Origin: Candidatus Micrarchaeota archaeon
GTDB taxonomy: Archaea; Micrarchaeota; Micrarchaeia; Anstonellales; Bilamarchaeaceae
Reading direction: 5' to 3'
DNA length: 55,137 bases
NCBI GenBank assembly: GCA_043803165.1
Contig: JAZDKI010000002.1
Span: 1-55,137 of the forward strand
The notes beneath the pieces are model-generated. The model was not told the origin of the DNA. It did not search any database and worked only from the letters and a program-made list of their open reading frames with translations. The position numbers were made by a program, and so were the translations under genes. How positions within the stretch are numbered: the first letter of the stretch is position 1; each line of letters starts with the position of its first letter. Below, piece after piece: positions 28,323 to 38,400 of this stretch.

Positions 28323-29326
28323 TGGAGATCGATTTCCAGGGCGGGATCAGGAAGCCCCACATCCAGCTGATCGTCCTATTCGTCACGCTGGCGCTCGCGC
28401 TCCTCACAAACAAGCTCTTCGGCGATCCGAAGGACCCGCTTAGCTTCTTATCCCCGCTTTTCGGCCTGCTGGTCGCCATCGAGATATTCTATTTTGTGAC
28501 CCTCGAGGTCAAGGAAGGCGCGCAGAAGCACGGCTGGAAGCACGAGGTCGTCGACACCCTGATCGCCCTCGGCGTCGCGGTCGCGATATGGTTCGGAGCG
28601 CAGCTCATCCTGGGCACAAGCACGCCGATATCAGCGGTCGTCTCCTGCAGCATGCTCCCCAACCTCCAAAGGGGCGATTTCGTGATCGTCCAGGGCGCCC
28701 CTGCCGGCGCTTATGGAATCGAGATGAGCGAAGCGGAGCTTGATTCGATATATTCCTCATCATCGGACATCTCATACGGGGAGAACCGGGCGTCGCTCGA
28801 AGGCTCGCTGTTCTCATATTGCGTGACGGACAGCAAGAGCGACATGTGCAGGGCATTCGTGGCGTCCCCCGAATCGTTCCTAGAGAAGAAAGGCCCGTTC
28901 ACATACCGCTACGAGCGGTGCGGCCTCGCGTACAGCAACGGCAGCCAGGCATACATGCCATGCCTGAAATCCGTCGAATTCAAAGGGACGCAGTATCTGA
29001 CCAACCTCTCGCATGATGTGATCGTCTACCAGCCGGTCTCAGGGGATCCGTACTCGGCGATAGGGGACATCGTGCACCGGGCGTTCTTCAGGATCGATGC
29101 CGATGGGAAGACGTACTATCTGACGCGGGGGGACAACAACCCGATATTGGACCTGCAGGTCTTCGATTACCGCAGGGCGGTGGGCAACCACCCAGTTCCG
29201 CAGGAGAATACCCGGGGAAAGGTCATAGCGAGGATCCCCTTCCTGGGATATTTCAAATTGTTCATCTCGGGCTTCTTCAGCGAGGATTCGCAGTGCAGGA
29301 CGCAATTGGATTACACTAACGTCTGA
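28319..29326 (+). CDS. Signal peptidase I (S26, Sec11-type Ser/His) with a Cys-rich insertion
   Basis: TM helices, then VVSCSMLPNLQRGD, IVHR and TRGDNN. Confidence 0.85.
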   Translation: MMEIDFQGGIRKPHIQLIVLFVTLALALLTNKLFGDPKDPLSFLSPLFGLLVAIEIFYFVTLEVKEGAQKHGWKHEVVDTLIALGVAVAIWFGAQLILGTSTPISAVVSCSMLPNLQRGDFVIVQGAPAGAYGIEMSEAELDSIYSSSSDISYGENRASLEGSLFSYCVTDSKSDMCRAFVASPESFLEKKGPFTYRYERCGLAYSNGSQAYMPCLKSVEFKGTQYLTNLSHDVIVYQPVSGDPYSAIGDIVHRAFFRIDADGKTYYLTRGDNNPILDLQVFDYRRAVGNHPVPQENTRGKVIARIPFLGYFKLFISGFFSEDSQCRTQLDYTNV

Positions 29327-29874
29327 TCCAGCTTCATGAATATCATGTCCATGTACTTGCCCTTGTGCAGGATCCAGTCAGGGAAGACCGCGAACGGCTT
29401 GAACCCGAGCTTCTTATAGAGCGATCTGGCCCTGCGATTCTCCGCGAAGACGGTCAATACCAGGTTCTTCGGCTTGAAAAACCGCTCAGCCAAAGCGATG
29501 TTCTCCCGCAGGAGCGCTTCGCCCAGGCCTATCCTGCGGTAGGGCTTTGCTATGCCTATCCCTACCTCGACGTTCCCCATCGCCTTGCCTTCCTTGCGTT
29601 CGGCGCCGGAATCGCCGGCTATCCTTCCCCCTACCCGGGCGACCAGCAGGTACCCTTCCCCCCTGCGGAAAGCGTCGAGCCGCTTATCGAGGAACCCCCT
29701 CTCCTCCTTCAAGCTGAAGCATCTTTTCCAGGAGATCATCGCGCCCTCGTCTACCAGGCCGTTGATGAACGCGCGCATCTCGCGCGGGCTGTCCTTTTCC
29801 GATAGGAGATCGATCGTCGCGGTCCGTCCGTCCTTGAGCGACACCTTCTTCGGGAACCCCAGGCCTTTTGGCAT
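29311..29874 (-). CDS. GNAT family N-acetyltransferase
   Basis: GIGIAKPYRRIGLGEALL, LTVFAENRRARSLYKKLGF. Confidence 0.9.
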   Translation of the reverse strand: MPKGLGFPKKVSLKDGRTATIDLLSEKDSPREMRAFINGLVDEGAMISWKRCFSLKEERGFLDKRLDAFRRGEGYLLVARVGGRIAGDSGAERKEGKAMGNVEVGIGIAKPYRRIGLGEALLRENIALAERFFKPKNLVLTVFAENRRARSLYKKLGFKPFAVFPDWILHKGKYMDMIFMKLDQTLV

Positions 29875-29878
29875 ACGA

Positions 29879-30742
29879 TCATCCGTAGTGCGATCCGCCG
29901 AACTCGCTCGTTATTATCTTCTTGAGTTCATTGCGTATCTTCCCCTTCTCCTTATCGGACATCTTCAGCCTGTCCAGCCTCTCCTCCCAGCCCATCAGGG
30001 CGCTCACTATCCTGCCGAAGACCCGTTCGTTGTCCGTGTATCTCGCGTATTCCAAGAGGGTCATGAGGGCGTATCTTGAGCTGGATCCCCCCAGGGCATC
30101 CAATATCGCAGCCCGGAGGACATGCGTGGCCTCGTTCTCTACGAAGGCAAGATGGGAATAGTGGTATGTGAGCAGCTTCGCGGCATCATCCCCCTCCAGC
30201 CTGCCGAGCATCCGTATGACCTCGGTGAGCCCCTCTAAGGACGTGTTGTAGTTGAATATCGCGCGATAGACGTTCATCCTCTGCTGCGACGGGTCCATCC
30301 CGGGGTTCTTCATCTTGAAGTATTCCAGGGTGTGGATGAGCTTGAGGTCCATGCTGGTGGAGAGGTTCTCATGCACCATGTATAGGAGCATCTGCCTGAC
30401 CGTCTCGTTGCTCTCGTTGTATATCCTCTCCAGCTTTTTGACGGCCTCGTCCTTGGATGATGCGTTCACGGCCACAGGGTAGAACCTGAGGGCGAACATG
30501 GCTGATTCCATCTCTTTTAGTTTCGCCGTCATCTCCTGCTGCTCTGGATTCGGCTTCTGCTCCTCTTTCGGAGGGGCTGCCGCATTCACCGGTCCTGGCC
30601 CCGCATCCTTCCGCTCGGCATCGGCCTTCGCTTCCGTTTTCGGCTTCTCTTCGGCCTTCGCCTCGGGCTTCGCGATCGCCTTATCCTCGGTCTTCGCAGC
30701 GGCTTCCCTGGATTGATCCTTCTTCATGTCGATCTCCTGCAT
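29879..30742 (-). CDS. Hypothetical protein with a low-complexity N-terminus and HEAT-like helical C-terminus
   Basis: AKPEAKAEEK-rich start, then helical repeats such as LRAAILDALG. Confidence 0.7.
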   Translation of the reverse strand: MQEIDMKKDQSREAAAKTEDKAIAKPEAKAEEKPKTEAKADAERKDAGPGPVNAAAPPKEEQKPNPEQQEMTAKLKEMESAMFALRFYPVAVNASSKDEAVKKLERIYNESNETVRQMLLYMVHENLSTSMDLKLIHTLEYFKMKNPGMDPSQQRMNVYRAIFNYNTSLEGLTEVIRMLGRLEGDDAAKLLTYHYSHLAFVENEATHVLRAAILDALGGSSSRYALMTLLEYARYTDNERVFGRIVSALMGWEERLDRLKMSDKEKGKIRNELKKIITSEFGGSHYG

Positions 30743-30789
30743 CTTCCCTTATCGATGCTTTTAATCACCTTCGATTAAAAAAGCGCTCT

Positions 30790-31347
30790 ATGGCATCCGA
30801 GATACTTTTCGCCACATCGAACCCCCATAAATCCGAGGAGGCATCGATAATGCTGTCAAAAGCCGGGATCGGGATATCCCGCTTCCCCTTCGAGCACCGC
30901 GAGATACGCTCCGACAGCCTCGAGGATATCGCAAGGGAGGCGGCAGAGGAGGCCTATCGGAGGTGCGCGAGGCCGGTATTCGTCGAGGACGCGGGGCTGT
31001 TCATCAAGGCGCTTGACGGCTTCCCAGGCACATATTCGGCCTGGGTGAACCGGAAGATCGGCATCGGCGGGATACTCCGCCTGATGGATGGCGCGAAGGA
31101 CCGCTCGGCTTATTTCGGCTCATGCATCGCATTCCACGACGGCGGAGGGGTGAGGGTATTCAACGGGCGATGCGATGGGGCGATAGCCGAGAAGGCCCGG
31201 GGAAAAGGAGGGTTCGGCTATGACCCCATATTCGTGCCGGAAGGGCATTCTCAGACGTTCGCCCAAAACATAGAATTAAAAAACAACATCTCACATAGAT
31301 ATAAATCTCTTCTAGAATTCTCAAGAAGTCTAGATTCTTTAAGGTGA
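30790..31347 (+). CDS. rdgB: Non-canonical purine NTP pyrophosphatase (RdgB/HAM1)
   Basis: FATSNPHK, VEDAGLFIKALDGFPGTYS, GFGYDPIF, KN.ISHR. Confidence 0.95.
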   Translation: MASEILFATSNPHKSEEASIMLSKAGIGISRFPFEHREIRSDSLEDIAREAAEEAYRRCARPVFVEDAGLFIKALDGFPGTYSAWVNRKIGIGGILRLMDGAKDRSAYFGSCIAFHDGGGVRVFNGRCDGAIAEKARGKGGFGYDPIFVPEGHSQTFAQNIELKNNISHRYKSLLEFSRSLDSLR

Positions 31348-31418
31348 ATCCTGATGGCGTTGACCGGCGTTCCGGTCAATCATTGAAATCAAAAAAGATG
31401 ACCATAGGTGAAATTTTT

Positions 31419-31874
31419 ATGGCTAGGTTACACTCAAGAAGGAAAGGCAAATCGGGCACCAAGCGCCCGAAGACGAGGGAGGTCCCGGCGTTCGCCCCAT
31501 TGAAGAAGGCGGAGATGCACGACATCATCGTCAAGATGGCGAAAGAGGGCGTCCCCCCGGCCAAGATCGGGCTTTTCATGCGCGACCAGCACGGCGTGGC
31601 GAACCTGCGCGCGCAGCTCGGCATGACGCTGGGCAAGTATCTGGCCAAGGAGAAGGTGGCCCCGGAATATCCAGAGGACCTGCTCAACCTGATCAGGAAG
31701 GCCGTCCGCATGGTCGGACACACCAAGGCGTCGAAGAACGACACCCACAACGAGGTCAAATTGGGCCACGTGGAATCCAAGATCCAGAGGCTCGTGAAAT
31801 ACTACTCATCTAAGGGGAAGCTCCCGGCGGGATGGAGATACGACCGCGAGAAGGCTTCCCTGCTAGTGAAGTGA
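31419..31874 (+). CDS. rps15: 30S ribosomal protein S15 (uS15)
   Basis: MARLHSRRKGKSG, IGLFMRDQHGV, PEDLLNLIRKAV, ESKIQRLVKYY. AGGTGA RBS. Confidence 0.97.
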   Translation: MARLHSRRKGKSGTKRPKTREVPAFAPLKKAEMHDIIVKMAKEGVPPAKIGLFMRDQHGVANLRAQLGMTLGKYLAKEKVAPEYPEDLLNLIRKAVRMVGHTKASKNDTHNEVKLGHVESKIQRLVKYYSSKGKLPAGWRYDREKASLLVK

Positions 31875-31881
31875 TTCTCAT

Positions 31882-32475
31882 ATGGCAGGAAAGAAGGTCA
31901 AGACGGTAGACAAGTGGAAATTGAAGAAATGGTACAGCGTCAAGGCGCCCCAGATGTTCGAGGGCAAAGAGCTCTGCGAGGCTGTGGCCTCCGATGACAA
32001 GAGGCTCATCAACAGGATAGTGCGGTCCAGCCTTTTCGAGCTTGGCATGGGCGGGGCGTCGCAGATGGCGATGTTCACCACCCTCCGCTTCAGGATCAAG
32101 GACGTGAACGGCGCTGACGCCAACACGATACTGCTCGGCCACGACATAGCCCCGTCTTTCATCAGGACGTTTGCGAGAAGGGGCAAATCGCTCATCCACC
32201 AGGTGGTGGAGGACAAGACCAAGGACAACGAGACGCTCCGGATCAAGCTGATCGCGGTCACGGGGGCGAGGGTCAGCGAGAACACCCGCAGGAACCTCCG
32301 CAACATAATCGTGGAGGAGTGCAGGAAAGGCATCGCCGAGAAGAACTTCGACGAGCTCATACAAGACGTGATATACGGCCGGTTCTCGTCCAAGATCTTC
32401 AGCAGGCTCAAGACGATAACGCGGATGCGCAGGGTCGAGATACGCAGATCCGAGCGCGGCGAACTATTTAAGTGA
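31882..32475 (+). CDS. rps3ae: 30S ribosomal protein S3Ae (eS1)
   Basis: DKWKLKKWYSVKAPQMF, KTKD...LRI, RRVEIRRSE. Confidence 0.95.
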   Translation: MAGKKVKTVDKWKLKKWYSVKAPQMFEGKELCEAVASDDKRLINRIVRSSLFELGMGGASQMAMFTTLRFRIKDVNGADANTILLGHDIAPSFIRTFARRGKSLIHQVVEDKTKDNETLRIKLIAVTGARVSENTRRNLRNIIVEECRKGIAEKNFDELIQDVIYGRFSSKIFSRLKTITRMRRVEIRRSERGELFK

Positions 32476-32597
32476 AGCCTACGATATGACGGTCTGACAT
32501 CGGTGGTTGCCAGTTTTCTGTTCCCAGTTTTCGCGTCGAAACTGGAAACCGGCTGCCCGAAACCATCGAAGCCAAAGCGTCATGCAGGTGTTTATCG

Positions 32598-32930
32598 ATG
32601 ATACCCGGCGGCATGGACCCTAAGAAGATGCAGGCGATGATGCGCCAGATGGGCATCAAGAGCGAGGACATCGCTGCGAGCAAGGTCATAATCGAGACGT
32701 CTTCTAATTCGATAATCATAGAACAGCCCCAGGTGGTCCAGGTAACCATGCAGGGGCAGACGTCCTTCCAGATATCCGGCCAGGTGCGGAGGGAGGCCAG
32801 GATCAGCGAAGAGGATGTCAAGATGGTGATGGAGCAGGCGGGATGCTCGGAAGATGCCGCCAAGGCCGCTTTGGAGAAAAGCCAGGGGGACATCGCCCAG
32901 GCGATCCTCTCGCTCTCAGAAGGCAAGTAA
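32598..32930 (+). CDS. nac: Nascent polypeptide-associated complex protein
   Basis: MDPKKMQAMMRQMGI, GQTSFQISG, C-terminal UBA-like EEDVKMVMEQAG..A..AL...GDIAQAI. Confidence 0.95.
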   Translation: MIPGGMDPKKMQAMMRQMGIKSEDIAASKVIIETSSNSIIIEQPQVVQVTMQGQTSFQISGQVRREARISEEDVKMVMEQAGCSEDAAKAALEKSQGDIAQAILSLSEGK

Positions 32931-32957
32931 TAAAAATCTTGGGCGAGTTATCCCGCT

Positions 32958-33542
32958 ATGGCGGTAGGCAGAGAGCTTCTCCTGATTCTAGCATTGATAC
33001 TTGTGATAGCGGTGCTGATAAAGGTCATCGAGTTCTTCCAGGTCGACGTGGTGGAAGCCGACGCCAGCAAGTTCGTGATGGAGGACCTTAGGGCCAAATA
33101 CCCCGGGGCCGACGTCTCGGTCATGACGATAACCTCCAAGACCAACGACAACGGGGCGCGGTATTTCGAGGTCAAGGCCAGGGTGACCGAGGACCCGGAT
33201 TCGCAATGCCCCGAGCGCTCGCACATATTCTACAACTACCCTGCCCAGAACTTCATCCCGCAGCCCCCTGAAGTGATAACCAGCGGATGCGTGGTCTGCA
33301 CCGAGGGGCTCTGCACGATCGCGTTCCCCGAGGAGGCGATAATCGCATCGCACACCTTCCCCGGAACCATCACGGTCAAGAGCTACCTCTCAGAGAACCC
33401 TGATGCGGTCCCGAGCGTCCTGGAGAAGCCCGACTCGTGGCTCGTCAGATGGGATCTTCAGGAAGCGGACTCGTTCGTGACAGTCGGGGTGCACAGGAAC
33501 GGGACCATAACAAGCGTCGAAGAAGGGCAGAAATCAGGATAA
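32958..33542 (+). CDS. Hypothetical membrane-anchored extracellular protein
   Basis: N-terminal TM helix and four Cys (CPER, CVVC, LC). Confidence 0.7.
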   Translation: MAVGRELLLILALILVIAVLIKVIEFFQVDVVEADASKFVMEDLRAKYPGADVSVMTITSKTNDNGARYFEVKARVTEDPDSQCPERSHIFYNYPAQNFIPQPPEVITSGCVVCTEGLCTIAFPEEAIIASHTFPGTITVKSYLSENPDAVPSVLEKPDSWLVRWDLQEADSFVTVGVHRNGTITSVEEGQKSG

Positions 33543-33544
33543 AC

Positions 33545-34510
33545 CTAATCTACCATTATCGTTCCATTATCCAGCGCCACTTTCCTATCCAGGAACTTCG
33601 AGATGGTATAAGCGTTCGTCTTCAGGTGCCCGCTCACCGCGCTTGTGGAATATGTCGTCTTTCCCTTCGCAAGAGCGGCATACAATAGCAATTGGTCGGC
33701 CAGGTGGATGTCCACATCCCCTTTCTCGGCATTTATGGCATCCAGGGCCTCATGGGCGACGGCCTCCGCCCGCTTCCCCTTCGCGCCGAGCGTATACGCG
33801 CCCCGAAAGCCCCTCCAGGCGGTCACCGCGTTCCCGATAGAGAGCGCCTCATCATGCCTGATGCGCACATCCTCGATCCGATTCTGCACAAAAATCTTCT
33901 TCTCGCGTATCGCGACAGGGGTTGGCAGTCCCGAGAGCCTGATCAGGACCCCTGTATCGTCAGTCTGCGGCCAGGATGTGCATCCTTTCAGGGAGCACGG
34001 CCTGACATCCACCTCTATCTCGCCCCCGCCTCTCGGATAATATCCTGGCTTCAGCATCCTGCATCCGGCATCCACGCCGAACCTCGCGATAGCGGGCAAG
34101 AACACCTTCTCGAAGTAATCAAACCCCGGGGATTTCATCACATGGGTCCCCCCGATTATCCGCAGTTCGCTTCCCTTCGCCGCCCTGAGCAGTATCGGAA
34201 GGAGCGTCTGGGCCACAAGGGTGACAGAACCGGCCGTCCCGATGTCGAATTCGTACTTCCCCCCCACTATCGGCCCAGGTTCGAATGTCAATTCGGTGCT
34301 TCCGACTTCAGCATGGCTTAGCGTCCCCCGGCATACGTTCCTAACCGCTTTACAGGCGGTGAGGTGCTGGGCCTGGAGGCCGGGATTCGGACGATTCGCC
34401 CGTATTTTGGTGATTGTGACGGCCTTTCCAGTGATGGCGGACAATGTCATGGCGGTGCGGATCACCTGGCCGCCGCCCTCGCCGAAGCTTCCGTCGATTT
34501 CGATAGCCAT
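33545..34510 (-). CDS. rtcA: RNA 3'-terminal phosphate cyclase
   Basis: IDGSFGEGGGQVIRT, IRANRPNPGLQAQH, GYYPRGGG, HLADQL, catalytic SGHLKTN. Confidence 0.95.
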   Translation of the reverse strand: MAIEIDGSFGEGGGQVIRTAMTLSAITGKAVTITKIRANRPNPGLQAQHLTACKAVRNVCRGTLSHAEVGSTELTFEPGPIVGGKYEFDIGTAGSVTLVAQTLLPILLRAAKGSELRIIGGTHVMKSPGFDYFEKVFLPAIARFGVDAGCRMLKPGYYPRGGGEIEVDVRPCSLKGCTSWPQTDDTGVLIRLSGLPTPVAIREKKIFVQNRIEDVRIRHDEALSIGNAVTAWRGFRGAYTLGAKGKRAEAVAHEALDAINAEKGDVDIHLADQLLLYAALAKGKTTYSTSAVSGHLKTNAYTISKFLDRKVALDNGTIMVD

Positions 34511-34591
34511 TTCATTCCCCTGAGACATCTGATATGATTATATCTTTAACCTGGGTATGGCTGGGCAAAAACATAAGGAGAATAGAAATAG

Positions 34592-34613
34592 GCCAGCGGA
34601 TCGCTCCGCTGGC
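34592..34613. other. Perfect 9-bp hairpin GCCAGCGGA-TCGC-TCCGCTGGC in a divergent intergenic region
   Basis: Inverted repeat read directly from the sequence. Function unknown. Confidence 0.5.
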
Positions 34614-34803
34614 AAGGCGACCAGTTATCCTCCCATGCACTTAAAATGAGCATGAAACTTTGAACCATTACATCTTAATCCCGTAAGGTATATAAAGGTT
34701 CTGGGGATTGTGTCAAGTCCTGAGAGCCGGTGAATCTCACGTCGATGTTTTTCGCCGTTTTCAATCCGGATGCGTGTGATGTTGTCGTCAAAACCCACCA
34801 TGC

Positions 34804-35409
34804 GTGATCATCCGCCCCTCCGCTCCCATTTTTAAGGAGTTCGACCCTCTTAGATTCATGGCAGAGAAGATGGCTAAGGTGATACCTCTGTTCCCAAAAG
34901 GGCGAAAGGAAGCTGGCAGGCCCAGGAAAAAAAGCGACGCGCTCACAGAACCGGGCCGTGACGGCGTGAAGATGGACCGGAACGTGTGCATCGCGCTGCT
35001 CAAGACCGTGGCCCCTGTCGATGAAAGGCTCACATCAGCCCTCGCGATCCCCGATTCGCTTTACCAGGTGGGCGAATACTCGTTCTCTTCAGAAGCCTCC
35101 AAGTCCCTGCAGCGGATATCGGGCGCCCTTTCCCGCGATGAAGCCTCGGCCCCCGCCCTCGCCACGCGGCTCGACTTCGGCCTGGACATCTCGACCGAAG
35201 GGAACAACGTCTTCTGCACCCTTGTCGACATGAACAGAAAAATCGTTGTCCGGAGCTCTCTTGGCAACGTTCTGGCCGGCCTTTCCTGGGCCCCTGTCAC
35301 AGCCTCGATAAACCTAGCTCTTGAAGAAGTCAAATCCCTCAATGGAAGCGGGGAACGGTTCGATATGATATATGTGGAGAGAAGGGCAGTGGCTAAGATA
35401 ACGCTCTGA
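34804..35409 (+). CDS. Hypothetical protein, convergent with the giant gene
   Basis: 201-aa ORF with uncertain start (ATG at 34858 is an alternative). No family recognised. Confidence 0.55.
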   Translation: MIIRPSAPIFKEFDPLRFMAEKMAKVIPLFPKGRKEAGRPRKKSDALTEPGRDGVKMDRNVCIALLKTVAPVDERLTSALAIPDSLYQVGEYSFSSEASKSLQRISGALSRDEASAPALATRLDFGLDISTEGNNVFCTLVDMNRKIVVRSSLGNVLAGLSWAPVTASINLALEEVKSLNGSGERFDMIYVERRAVAKITL

Positions 35410-35421
35410 CGGACCCCTTCG

Positions 35422-38400
35422 CTATGGTTTTGTGCCTTTGGCCAGTTCGCCGAAAGCCTCAACGGTCTTCTCCCTCGCCTTCCGCACGATGCCCCCCCCG
35501 CCCTCCCTGCTATTGTTGTTCATGAACCTGAGGAATGTCGTATCATCTGCCTTCGCGTTGCTCACGAACTTCTGGTCCCCAAGCAGCGCATCCATTATCT
35601 TCCTATATGGGCTGTCCTGGGGCAATCCCGAATACCAATCGGCTATCGCCTTAGCCTGATATTCCTGAAGTGTGGTGAATGTTACCGGCTTGCCTGCGAT
35701 GAAATCGCTATATCGGATAATGTCCCGCGCAAGGACCCCCAATTCTGCATCGCTGACCGGCACCGTGATCCGGGGGTTCAGGGCGGCGTCCTTGGCCTTA
35801 TCGAGCATCTCCCTGCCGCCCCGCTTGGGGTCTCCCATCAAAGCCTTGAATCCGGCATCGTCTCTCAATGCAGGATGCAGATCCGTATCGAAGCGGAGCT
35901 CAATACTCAATTTGAATATCACGTCCCGGTCGACCCCCGTTTCGCTCATCGACATGTATCTCTTGAAGTTCTGATCCACCCTCCTGCGCTCTGTCTGGGT
36001 CAATGTGAGTTTGCTGGTCACATCCAGGTATTTCAGAGCGACATCGCGCGCCATCTCGGCTATTTGGACATCGCTCATGGTGATGCTTCCCCTCTTCGGA
36101 GGTCTGATCTCCCACTCGGGCGGCATCCCGCCCCTCTCGATGACAGTCTGCGCTTTAGGCTGCTCCACAGGTTTCAGGCTGTCGCCTACCCCCCCGTATA
36201 ACTTCACCAGAGCCGCTATCCGTCCACCCTCGCCGAGCTGCGCTCCGAAATCCTTGAAGCTCCCTTTAGAATATCTTATGAACTCCGGTTCTTCAGAGAG
36301 TATCTCGATGAAAAACTTTCTTCCCACCTCGCCGATACCCATCTTCTCATATCTCTTCTGGTTCTCTTCGACGGATTTCGGAATCACCTTTCCCTGCGCC
36401 TTAAGATCCTTATACAGCGCCACATCCCTCGCTATCAGGACCAAATCATACTCATGGGCTTTGATGGCCATGGGTCCTGATTCAGCTGTCTTGGATAACG
36501 GAGCTCCTGAAGGCTGCCTTTCTCCAGGCCGCACGCCGCCCGGTGTCGTATCTGGCCCGGAAGCCCTCGGACCTCCGCTCCGTGGAGCGTCTTGCAAAGT
36601 CGGTCCGGACCCTGCCGATGGCGGTTTGGATGCCGTAGCCCCGTGCTGGAGGGGCGGTGAGGACTGAGGTATGGGCGTTTTCGGTTTGGGCGCCTGCTGG
36701 GGCGGAGATGAGCCAGCAGTCGGCCCACCTCGCGGTTCGACTATCGGCCGGGGCTCGACATCCCCCTTCAGCTTGATGTAATTCCTCATGATTTTCCTCA
36801 AGCCCGCTGCCCCCTCTGGCCTGCCAGCCTGCTCGAATACTGGGGCCATCTCGTCATAGCGGAACCATACGAGCCCGTTCTCATCTGCGGGCCTCGCCCT
36901 TCCGCCATACATGTGCGGCGAGCCTATCCCATCCGTCAAGTCATAATGCATCCCGAACCGCTGCCCGTCATTTCCTTTTAGCACAGCCGCTATCCTAGCC
37001 TTCATGTTATCAGAGAAAGCCGGGATATCCGCGCCCCCTTCAGCCCTCGGGCTGAAAAAATTGTTTACGAGGGTCTGCATCATCAGGCTTTGGACATTCA
37101 ATCCCAACGCCTTCACCAGGTCGTTCGACAATCGGCTCGTCGCATAAGCGATGCCTTGTATCCTATGGAAGGTGAGGCGCGAAGCATCCACATCGAAACC
37201 CGTGGCATCCAGGGTGCCATCCCGAGAACGCTTGATATCCCTCGCCACCAGATTCGTATCGAAAGGCTGGGAAGTGAGGACGTTTCCGGTTTCCCCTTCG
37301 AAGCGCACAAGCATCTTTGCGGTGTTGCCGTAATGCCGGTCGCCCAGAAGCACCCTCCTCGACAGCTCCTGATATAAGGCGTCTGCGCGGAAGAAATCGT
37401 TCCGCGTGCCGTCCGTCTTCAGGCTCTCATAATAAGCCTTCACGACCGGATTCGATAGGAACTTCATGACATCTTCGATGTACCTGCTCTTCTCTTGCGG
37501 AGTCGGCCACTCTCCGGGGTGCTGCGGCGGCGTGAGTATGTGTTCCTCTATCGCGACGCCCATGACAGTCGCCGTTTTTATCTTGCCGTCCCGCGGGTCC
37601 ATGATCCTGATTTTAGAGCCGACTGCGCCATGGACATCATCGACGAAATAGAAATCCTGCTTCGCCCTCGTGCCGTCCTTGTGCTTGAAAGGGGTTTCAT
37701 ATCTGTATCCGGCGTGGATCTCCGGCGAGAACATCCCCGCTTCCATCGCGAGATCGGCTCCCAGCTTGGCGGCCGTCCCGTTCTCCATCTTCACGAAGAC
37801 GGTCTTCTCCACATCCCCCTTCTTGAGCGTGACCTTGTATGCCCCCTGGATGCTTGCCGCACCGATGAACTCCACACCCTTTATCTCCATCCCGCCGTAT
37901 CTGGCAACCTCGGCTATCCTGCCCTGGAGGTCGCCGCGCAATACGAGGTCGAAGACTATCCCTACCCTCTCCCGGATCATTTTCCTTGCTTCTATCCATC
38001 CAGGTCCTTCCAGCCCGGCATCCATCTTCTTGAAGCTGGATACATCTATGCCCAATCTCTCCAGGACCGCAATCTGCCCATTCATCCCCCCGCGCTTATA
38101 AACGCCGGAAAGCGTCCCCCTTGCAAGGCCCATCCTCGCCTCCGCCTTAGCTATGGCGTCCTTTTCATCCTTTTGATATTCCCCTTGCGTCATCCTCTTC
38201 TTCGAATCTTCTATCTCGCTCAACCTGGCCTTCCGCTTCATCGAATATGCCCATTCTTCCGCGAAACGGACCTTCATCTTAGGGTCTGCCAGTTTCAGGT
38301 ATACGTCGATTGCGTTAGAGAGCTCCAGTTGCTTCTCAGATAAAACCTGGAGCTTGAGGTGCATCTCAGCCTCGGGCATCTTGCCGTATGTCTCGGCGAG

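Noticed and set aside
32476-32597. Possible ncRNA between rps3ae and nac (CCAGTTT..AAACTGG hairpin, CCAGTTTTC twice)
   Set aside because: Only a short hairpin. No recognisable RNA family features, so support is insufficient.
20853-34510. Dedicated RNA repair system from thpR and rtcA
   Set aside because: The genes are 12 kb apart, both are common archaeal housekeeping genes, and no rtcB or archease is adjacent.
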